A stretch of DNA of 63,954 bases, counting the filler, from Reticulomyxa filosa (Eukaryota; Protista; Foraminifera): assembly GCA_000512085.1 (NCBI GenBank). It is 20 parts of 20 records of this genome, joined end to end, with 100 filler letters (N's around TTAATTAATTAA, not from the genome) between each part and the next. Parts side by side here need not be neighbours in the genome. Positions count along the whole stretch, not along the records: positions 11,247 to 12,720 come from ASPP01000498.1; positions 12,821 to 14,992 come from ASPP01020385.1; positions 15,093 to 16,149 come from ASPP01042118.1; positions 16,250 to 18,919 come from ASPP01017572.1; positions 19,020 to 25,432 come from ASPP01001085.1; 15 more parts are not named here. One strand, written 5' to 3'. Positions 12,230 through 22,007 of the stretch are shown piece by piece. The notes under the pieces were generated by a model, which saw only the letters and a program-made list of their open reading frames with translations, searched no databases and was not told the origin of the DNA. Every line of letters starts with the position of its first letter. Positions within the stretch are counted from its first letter, which is position 1. Position numbers and translations under genes: made by a program.

Positions 12230-12871
12230 TGCACCCTCTAAATATCAATAAAAGCTCCTGTGCAAGGTGATGAAGAAAAGGGTCCTTCAGGATTTTTTTA
12301 AGATTAACACTTGCTTTTGCTCACGTTAGTCTCCATTTATTATTGCAGAATATCAATTCTTTAAATGTGTCACAATGTAATTGATTAGATTTATCTTTTG
12401 TTTTTAGATGCTTAAGCTTTATTTTCTTTAATGGTAATATGCAAACAAACTTTAAACTTGCAGATCAATTTTGCTGCTGATAAAAGTTAATGGAATAAAA
12501 AATCAGACACAATTTGAATTTCAACAAAAAACAAAATAATAATATATACGTTCAAATTTAAGTTAATTCAGCCAATCACGATTGCAGTATATGTGATTTA
12601 CATTAACTATCTTCATAATGTAGTACTCATGATGTCGTAACAAGTAGTTCTTGCACTACAAGTGAACTTTGGAATCCCTTTATTCTAAAACACAATACTC
12701 ACTTTCACAACTTGTCTTTCNNNNNNNNNNNNNNNNNNNNNNNNNNNNNNNNNNNNNNNNNNNNTTAATTAATTAANNNNNNNNNNNNNNNNNNNNNNNN
12801 NNNNNNNNNNNNNNNNNNNNTTTTTTTTTTTTTTTCCCCCTTCTTTCCTCCAAAATTTTTTTAAAATGTAG

Positions 12872-13079
12872 CTTTGGAACTGCTTATGTCTGTTGCTGTT
12901 TAATTCAAATCATGATCGACTTTACATGCGCTTATGTTGTGGGTGCCATTATCTATGGAATATACCTGTTCGTCGTGCTGCTGATCGAGTCACTTTACAG
13001 ATCCAAAGAGAACACCAATTGTCTATGTCTGCCATGGCGTGAGTTCGGATTTCAATTCAAAGTACTTTTTGGGATGTAA
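12872..13079 (+). CDS. Last exon of a membrane protein (not in the ORF track)
   Basis: AG acceptor, then FGTAYVCCCLIQIMIDFTCAYVVGAIIYGIYLFVVLLIESLY...LFGM*. Confidence 0.6.
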
Positions 13080-14345
13080 TATTCTTCTTCATCGTTTTTT
13101 TTTTTTCCTCTTTGATTTGACATATTCATCAATAGCGGTACTATTTTTGTTGTGGTACCTCATTTCGTTTTGTTTTTTTTTTTTATTAAATTAGAATTTT
13201 TTTGCTGCTGATTTGGAAGTGCAACCAACCGATTGTATATTGTTTGATGCTGAGAAATGTTTGTGTTGTTTTTGAAACCGATAATATTTGTTGTCCATTT
13301 CATTATATTGATCTTGATAACTTATCTGTCAAACAAATTTATCCTGGAAATAAAGCTAAAAATGGAGATAGGTTTTTGTACTTTAATATTTCATCGACTC
13401 CTTGTTAATGTCCTCTTGTGTGATATTTGAGCACTGTTACTCAATGATAGGAAAATTCTTGAGATTGAGTTTGTGGTTCATTGAATTGCTTTTTTTGTTC
13501 AATACTACACTAATCCACGTACACTAGATTGCAAAGAACGGAAACAAAACATAATCATTTTTTAAAATGTCACAAAGTTTTAGTTAGCTATATGACTTGT
13601 TTTTTGCAAAAAAATTTGAAAAGATAAGCATGTATACATTTACAATCTTCATGAAAAGTTAATATTTGAAATTTTTAAAAATATTCATGCACGTTTTCGA
13701 TGAACCTAAAAATATACAAAAATTGTCAATATCTTTTTGCTTTTGAAAATTTTAAAAGCTATCCGTTATTCTATTTCAAAAATGTTGATCTTTCCTGACA
13801 AAATTGCTACTGTTTGTAAGAATTCATTTTAGAGTTGGTTGTGAATGTTTCAATTTATCTTTGGATTTTGCTTAAAACGCAAGTCATGACAACGATAATA
13901 TTGCAAACCAAGTTTACCAACATTATCATAACATGGCATAGATCGTAAAAAAATAAAACAATGGCTTCCAGAAAATGTTTTTCTTTAAAGAACTTCACAA
14001 ATAAAAAAACAATTATTATAAGATAGTAAATTACTTTTTCACCAAAACTTTTTTCACGGCTGCAAAGCTGCATTGGAAAATTACAACTCTACTGCAAATA
14101 ATATCATTTTAAAGAGCAAAGAAAAAAAAAAGAACTATCAGTCAATGGTGAGCTCGAATTAGTGAAATTGTATATTGACATTGCATTTTGCCTTTACAGA
14201 AAGTACCGAAAATTTCATAGCATCAGTAATAAAATTTGCGAGCAAATTACAAACGAGCGAACGTTACGTTTGGTTTCCACAAATTTTTATTTAGGTTTTT
14301 TAAGTATCGCCAAGTAATTTTATTTTAATTGTACTAGTGTGATCA

Positions 14346-14975
14346 ATGTCATCCTCAACTTCATCAAACAATTATGCAACGACTGGAACAGGGAGCACAA
14401 TTTTTGTGAATGATCGTGACCCTCAATCAGGTTCTTCGTTTTGGAACTTGAGCAAAAAGACAATACCGTTTTGGCGCGCAAGTAATTCGAAAACTCCTGG
14501 CAGCGCCAAGCCCAGTGTGAAAGTAAGAGGTGCACAACACCCTCCAATCCGTGGGCCAATCGGTCGCCCATCTTCTCAGAGTGTATCGACAGTAAGCGAA
14601 GAGAAGAAGACAGTCAAGACACATACGCGAAGCGAGTCGCTGCAAGCAATGAATGGGACTTACGCCGCGAGCAATGGACAGTCGATAGTGAATGAGCACT
14701 TGCAACGCAAGTTTGGAAAAAGTGGGATTCACGAAATTATTCATGAAACAGGCTATCAACAACAACAACAACAACAACAACAACGTATTGTGCAATGCGA
14801 ATCCTCAGTCAATGCAAATATAAACACGAATGAAAATAAAAACCACGTACATATCGAAAACAAACACAAGTCCAATCTGCAAGGGCAAGACAATGGCAAC
14901 TCGAACACGAATGCGAATCTCAGTTCATCTGAAGTATCACTTACTCGTCCACCAGCATGGGAAGACATTAAAACG
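14346..14975 (+). CDS. First exon of a low-complexity S/N/Q-rich protein
   Basis: ATG-initiated ORF of over 200 aa with a poly-Q tract and higher GC than its flanks. It ends near a GT donor. Confidence 0.65.
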
Positions 14976-15269
14976 TATTGTTGTTTCTTTTANNNNNNNN
15001 NNNNNNNNNNNNNNNNNNNNNNNNNNNNNNNNNNNNTTAATTAATTAANNNNNNNNNNNNNNNNNNNNNNNNNNNNNNNNNNNNNNNNNNNNAAATTTTC
15101 GAGAAAAAGTTGACAATTGTGCCTACGTCGTAACCACAACTGCTTTGCTTAATTTGAAAAAATAACAGAGATATTCAAATTAAATATTCATAAATATTTC
15201 CTTTAGATAAAATAAAATCAAAACCATATTTTTAACAGATTTTCTTCACAAAAAAAAAAAGAAGTTAAT

Positions 15270-15650
15270 AAATTGTGTATTATTTTACTTTTGTTTTTTT
15301 CATTTGAATTACAATATCAAAATATATTGATAAAAATGAAAAAACAGACATTTGAAGAACTCTTTTGTCAAAATTATTATTGTTTGAAATGGAAAGACAT
15401 TCAAAAAACTAGAAATGAAAATGTAAGATTTGAATTGGTCAATATGGAAGATAACATCATTAAATCAGACAAAGATGTGAAAAGAAAATTTAAAAAAACA
15501 AACCTTCATTTCAATAATTGGAAAAACGAAAACAGTTAAAAATGCATTGGTAATGATGACTGCAATTAATGGATGTATTGATAGCACAAATATGAAAGAA
15601 GAAGATGTAGAAAATATCAAACAAGAACATCAAATTGCTGGGTCCAAATG
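15270..15650 (+). pseudogene. Decayed member of an AT-rich lineage-expanded gene family
   Basis: Broken K/E/N-rich frame (FELVNMEDNIIKSDKDVKRKF). The family resemblance is recalled, not verified. Confidence 0.35.
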
Positions 15651-16249
15651 ATTCATTTGAGACTTTTGTTGTTTAAGTTATTCATGTTTCTAAGTTTCAA
15701 ATATTTTTGCAAAATACAATGAATTACTTTGATTACAAAAATACTCTCTCTTTTCATGAGTAATTAGATAATAATATCTGTAATTTTTAAAATTGAGTTT
15801 AATACGCAATTAGAAATTAATTTTGATATTATTTTAAACTTTGGATAGAGATATCAATATCTATTACTTTGTTAAGTTTTTTCATTGCAAAAGTATATTT
15901 TGACATTTTTTTGTATGATCACTTTTGATTTGTAAATTTTTTAGTGTACATGTCTATCTGGATTGCAATAGAAAATCTGCATATCCTTGCTTAAGGACAT
16001 TTATGGAAATTAACATTGTTATATCTTCTTCCACTTCTTCTTGAAATATTCAAATAAAATTACATAAATACCTTTTCCTTTGGATTGATCATAAACAAAT
16101 TGTTCTGTTGTAAGGAAGACAGATGTGTAAGATCTAACTCTATTTTTAANNNNNNNNNNNNNNNNNNNNNNNNNNNNNNNNNNNNNNNNNNNNTTAATTA
16201 ATTAANNNNNNNNNNNNNNNNNNNNNNNNNNNNNNNNNNNNNNNNNNNN

Positions 16250-17015
16250 ATTACCTGTGATGATGACCAAAAACAAGATTGATTTGGTTGGGCTGATCGC
16301 CATTGCTCCGGATCGAACTGAACGATATACTTCGAAAGAATATGAGCAAGTATGTCTGATCAATGATAAAAGAAGGAGGAAAAGGGAGGAGGAAAAAAAA
16401 AAAAAAAAAGAAGACGAGGACTTTAACAGCAAAATATAAAAATTTTTATACAAAAAAAAAAAAAAAAAAAATTGAATAAAAAAAAAATAATAAAAAAAAG
16501 AGTTGGTTGGATAGGTGGAAATACCAGTAATGGTGATGTACGGTGAATTTGATTACACCGAATTCGCTAAAAATGCAAAGTACTATTTGTCAAAAATCCC
16601 CACCGCCTTTGAGGTTATAGTCCCCAAGGCCGATCACACTGCTTATTCTGGAAATACCTTACAATTTCACAACGACTTGTTGATGTTTTTGAACGAAAAA
16701 TGCTCCCTCATTGAAGAAAAAGGTTTTCTTTTCTCTTTTTTTGTCAATGCTTGATAATTGCATGCTTTGCAAATATGCAATGCATCGACCAATTTCGACA
16801 CACAAACTTATCTTTCTGCTTTTTTTTTTTTTTGTTGTTTTATTTTTTGATCGATTGAATGGAACCCAACCCAAAAAGACTTTGATGCGCAAAACTATCC
16901 AAACGGTGGGGACTTTGGAGAAGGAGAAGACTATAACTACGAGGAAGATCTAGACGACGATGATGAATTTGATGAAAGCGATTTGGACGAAGATGGACAA
17001 GACACTGAAGTCTGA
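16250..17015 (+). CDS. ABHD14-like alpha/beta hydrolase, 3' three exons, with an acidic tail
   Basis: GLIAIAP...VEIPVMVMYGEFD...VPKADHTAY...FHNDLLMFL, carrying the catalytic Asp/His. The last exon (16879-17015) reads DFDAQNYPNGG...EDGQDTEV*. Confidence 0.8.
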
Positions 17016-17636
17016 GCTTTTGAAACTTTTGATTGTCAGAAAAGGGGCAATCATGAAAGGAAATTTTTTCTCTTTTTGAAAAACAGACACAAGTAAATGC
17101 TTTTATAAACATATAACAAGATCAAAACAAAATGTGGGGACCAAGCTGTCCGAATCACGGCACTTCTTTTTGTCCACACATATTCTATCATTTCACGTAT
17201 GTATATGTCGTTTCATGGTCCATTCTCCAATCTCAAAATGATATTTATACTCGAAAGTTTCTTTAATCACATGAAAAAAACTCGAGCTTTCCTCAAATAC
17301 AGCAACTGCAACGAATGTTTAACAGCATAAACAAAAGCATCGTTTCGAGAGCACAGAATTATTGCCAAAAAAACTTTGAAACAAGTCATTAAGAATATAC
17401 TTTACACTTTCGTCATTTTATGAGATGTATCCAAGAATTGAAAGTATCACAGATATCTTCAAACAAACGCGAATCTGAAATTTTGTTTTTGAGATCGTTC
17501 ATAGGATATAACATTGCAAATATAGAGAACTCTTTAACGGGAGAAAAAAGTGACACGCACTGTGTCTTATCCCTTTTTTTTTTTTTTTTTGCAACATTTT
17601 CGAAAATATTTTTTGCAGAGAGAATAACATAAAACA

Positions 17637-18918
17637 ATGGCTTTAAACGCAACCAATTTGTCCATTAGCGTGGCGTGTTGTATTTTGATCTCTCTAGTGT
17701 GCCTACCGTTGATGGTGTATTACACGTACCGCTATTACTACGTGCGTGACTTGCAAGCATTCCGAAAGCGACAGCCATTGTTACTTGTATGTGCAAGTGC
17801 GTCAGGGGTACTGTACAGTCTGACCCTGCAGCTATTTCTACTGCTGCACGCACTTGATTGGGAGAAGACACATCCATACGCATTCAAAGCCATATATGTA
17901 CGAGGACCAGGACCATTGACTTTATATCTTTTCATCGAACTTTTTTTGTTACGATTCGCGATGATTGTATTTGAAATGAAATATACTATGCACTCCTTTC
18001 AAGAAAAATGGAAATCTTATGTATCTGCAAGCGATCCTAGCCATGACATTACCAATTGTTATATTCGCTATTTTCCAAAACTTCGTTCTCCCACTTGGAT
18101 GTCTTTGCATGTTTTTCTGCCGACCTATTTTGTCATCAATTTCATTCACATGTTAATTACGTGTTTTTGGATAATTTATGTATACGTACGTATACGTAAT
18201 AAAATATATATGCATATATGTGCATTATTATTTTTTTTTTTTAATACCCAAAAAAAAAAAGTGGATCATCGTTTTTGTTAGAAGGTGAACAATTGAATGC
18301 ATTTACAACGCTTCCGCTGATTTTGCACGTGTGTCTAGGGGCGGTATTAGCATGTATAATACCAAAGTACAAGGATTACTTTGGAGTCCATGAAGAAGCG
18401 GTGGCAGTGATAAAGTTTGGATTGACCGGAATTGCAATATACTTTTTTGTGTTTGTCGTATTTGGACGTTATATGAGCATGTTCATGCAGGCATTGGTGT
18501 TCACAGTAAGCTGCTTTGGAGTGGTGTTTTCGGTGGTCATGACATCGACATGGTGGGTCCTTCGCAGGCAGTATTCGTCCATCGAAACTTATTTGCACAA
18601 AGCAAAGGTACGAATTATGGGTCTTTTTATTCGTCAGCAGACCAATCTTACTTTAACTTCATCCTCTCCTTCTTCTCATGCTACTCCTCGTCTTTCCGAT
18701 GCTCCCTTATCTGATCTTTCCAATATCTTGAAAGACGCAAAAGGATTTGATTTGTTTATGGAACATTTATTTTCAGGTTCTTTTTTGTTTTGTTTTGTTG
18801 TATAAGTACTTTCATACGTATACAAACCAATATGTACATTTTGTATATACATTTTGTATACGTAGAATTTGCGTCGGAAAACTTGCTATGTTATTTGGAA
18901 CTGTGCCAATATCGTGCG
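17637..18918 (+). CDS. 7TM-RGS protein (multi-pass membrane region plus RGS domain), 3'-truncated
   Basis: Multiple TM helices with RKRQP after TM1. RGS helices LSNILKDAKGFDLFMEHLFS / EFASENLLCYLELCQYR are joined by an intron. Confidence 0.85.
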
Positions 18919-19021
18919 ANNNNNNNNNNNNNNNNNNNNNNNNNNNNNNNNNNNNNNNNNNNNTTAATTAATTAANNNNNNNNNNNNNNNNNNNNNNNNN
19001 NNNNNNNNNNNNNNNNNNNAT

Positions 19022-19598
19022 CATCATCATCATCGTCGTCGTCGTCGTCATCATCATCATCATCATCGACAACCTTCTTCTCCTTCTTCGTCGTTATCAT
19101 TATCTTTGTCTCTGTCTCCTTCTTCATCTTCTTCTTCCTCTGCTCCCTCTTCCTCTTCCTCTTCTTCTTCTTCTTCTTCCTCCTCTTCCTCCTCTTCTTC
19201 GACTCATTCACGTTCTCGTTCTCGTTCTCGTTCGCACTCGCGCTCCAAGGACGCTTCGTTTACTCGCTTTCGTCGGCTTTCTTCTTCGAGGAGACGAGGG
19301 GAAAGATACGCACGCGGCGGCCATCACTGGGAGAAAAGTCGCTTTCGCGGTGGCAAGCCACGCCGCTGGGCGGGCTCGCAGCACTATGGCCGCGGACACA
19401 ACGCGTCTGTGAAGACAAGCAAAAAGCACACGAAACCACGCGACTGCGACTTGGGACAGGACAAGGGGCATCCACACAATAACGACGGAGCAACTCCGAA
19501 CGACTATGATCATTATACTTATGACTATGGTTGTAATCATGCTTATGATCGTGAATATGGTCATGGTCATTATGATGACAAGTTTCATGCTCATCACG

Positions 19599-19630
<32 letters not shown>

Positions 19631-21056
19631 GATCATTACCTTGATCATGATTATCGTGATGGCGAACATGGGTATGAAATGACAGACAACGCGCACCCAA
19701 TCGAAAACGCAACCAATCAACAACCATTTCAAACTCTCCGAAACAAGCTGTTGATCACGTCCAACACAGTCCACAGTCGAATACTGTGCCAATTGCGTCT
19801 GTCCCTATCACATCCAGGTTTTGCGCTTGTTTGATTGGTTTTTTTTTTTTTTTTTTTCTTAACTTAGAAAAAAAAAAAAAAAAAAAAAAAAAAAACAACA
19901 ACAAAAAAATAAACCATTTACAATTGAAACAATGGAGCTTGAAGGATTCCGTTGGTATCAAATAAAACGGATGCTGTTGTTGCCAATGAAGACAGAGCGT
20001 TGGTAGTGTCAGATAGTCCGTCACATCCAAATACCATGCATGAGAATAAATCGAATCTGCAAGGTGATAATACGTGCACCAATACGGGTAGTGCCTTTCT
20101 GTGTAATGCATCCAAGGGTGAATCCCATAATGGCGCCTTTGTGGGGGCCGCTGTCGCAAGAAGGGATGGCGCTAATGACAGGGAACACAGACCTAATCAC
20201 CACTTTCATCCACGTGCTGACAGCCACGTCGTCGTCGTCGCCGATGCAAATGCACTTCCTGTTGCCAGAGATCGTGGACGTCATGAGCCATCTCTCACCT
20301 TAGCTCCATCTGTAAATGCGAGTCATATCGTGGCCAGCGAAAAAGAAGAAGAACCAAACACATATCAAGTTATAGGAGTACCAAGCTATTTTATTATATA
20401 TGTATATATGTATATATGTATATATGGATTGTATGTCAAATCCAATATAAATTACAGAATGCCAAAGATAGGGATGAAAACGGAGCGGATACCTCTTTAC
20501 AACTTTATCGAAAATGTACTTTGTCGACATCAGAACAGAGAATGCATTTCAACCATCAACGCAGCTATTGGGAAATGGTGCTTGTCTTGGCACTGAGACA
20601 ATACAATGCGTTTCGGTTGCGGATGCAAGTCCTCATCGATTGAAAAGTGGCAAAATTGTTGAACATAACATCATAGACACGCCACGAAGCGAGAGCGAGG
20701 AAGATGAAAAAGAAAACCATGCTGCCACAGACTTTACACAAAAGAATCCCATACCAGTAAATCTGAAATGGATTGAAAAAATCTATGCGTGGTGTGAACC
20801 AAAGCTAAAACAGTGGCAATACACTGAAAAAGTTCCACTCAAAGTTATTGCCGTTATTTGGCTGAGATTCATGCATGATTTGCAACAACAATCAAAAGAT
20901 GACAACGATGATATCACCTCCATTGAATCTATGTTGGAATTTTTGAAGCCAAGTTTGAATGAAATTTTAGAACAGTATTTAACAATGTATGCACAACATA
21001 ATTCGAAAGAAATATCCACAACACCATCATTTACGTTGCATATTGACCAATTTTAG
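19022..21056 (+). CDS. Multi-exon low-complexity protein with an RS-dipeptide region and poly-His/poly-Ser tracts, 5'-truncated
   Basis: RSRSRSRSHSRS and His tracts. Successive ORFs (19106, 19952, 20514) are separated by intron-like tracts. Confidence 0.6.
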
Positions 21057-21344
21057 TTTAAAGGCAATACGCTTGGTTTGTTTTTTATGATTGAATTTAA
21101 CAAAAAAGGTGTAGGTAACTCGATTTTCATTTAATTGTTGTTGTAACTCGTTTTTTTTTCTATAATTTAGTTTTTTGAGATTTCAAAACAAATCATTTCA
21201 TGTAATTTTGGAATAATTTGTGGTACAAGGGGTTGTGTCGTTTTTTTACAATTTGTTTAAAACTTGTTTATTTTTTGTTCACTTATCATAACTTTGAAAA
21301 AGTGCAACTGGCTCTCTATATCTCTTCACCAGTAATAAATACTC

Positions 21345-21490
21345 AATGTAACTTGTGAGCTCACGATTCATCCAATCAGCACACGCATGGCTCAAAATCC
21401 AAAAGTTGCGCACTTGAGCACGCACACAATGAAAATCAGTTTTGACACGAACGACCAATTTTCTTGCCATCAACTTTAAATAATATAAAA
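21345..21490 (-). pseudogene. Second partial copy of the putative RNAP beta-like C-terminal segment
   Basis: KLMA...HCVRAQVRNFWILSHACADWMNREL aligns with KLMA...YCVHADMHNFEFWSVCADGMNHEL at 23120-23240, at both protein and DNA level. Confidence 0.7.
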
Positions 21491-21808
21491 CATTCATTCT
21501 TGTAGTCAATTTTTTCAAAGACACGACTGAAAAACCAAATTGAATTTATCTGGATATTTTCGACTTTCTTTTACATTTCAAATATTCAAATTCAGAATTT
21601 TTTACGATGAATATAATTTGACGAGAAAGATGTTAGGTGAACTGGAGGAAGTGCGTTGAAACTTTTTAAAAAAAAAACAAGAAAACTCAATTCACACAAA
21701 AAGACGCAAACTTTTTAAACAAAACTTGAGTCAAGTGTTAAATACTCGCAATCCAATATGCAACCAACTTGACATTTGAACTTCACATTTACTTGTTGGC
21801 ATCACAAC

Positions 21809-21940
21809 ACTTTCCAACTTCTCGACAGACGTGTACTGCGTTCTTTGAAGACCTATGTTATGTGCGTGTATATTGATCATAAATGTTTCAATTACATGAT
21901 AAGAAAACATTATAACTTGGAATTTATGTTGGTTATATAA
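21809..21940 (+). repeat. 3' end of an unknown ORF belonging to a dispersed family (paralog at 62161-62292)
   Basis: 27 of 43 aa identical, ungapped, with the same stop position as 62161-62292. Confidence 0.85.
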
Positions 21941-22007
21941 TCACGACAGTGATCAGAGCACAACTTTCCTTTCAATCAATTATATGGACATCACACGATA
22001 TGGACAT

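Noticed and set aside
19208-19792. Poly-M/I/D ORFs, and similar ones at 30691-32116 and 35497-36250
   Set aside because: They are alternate-frame or antisense readings of trinucleotide microsatellites.
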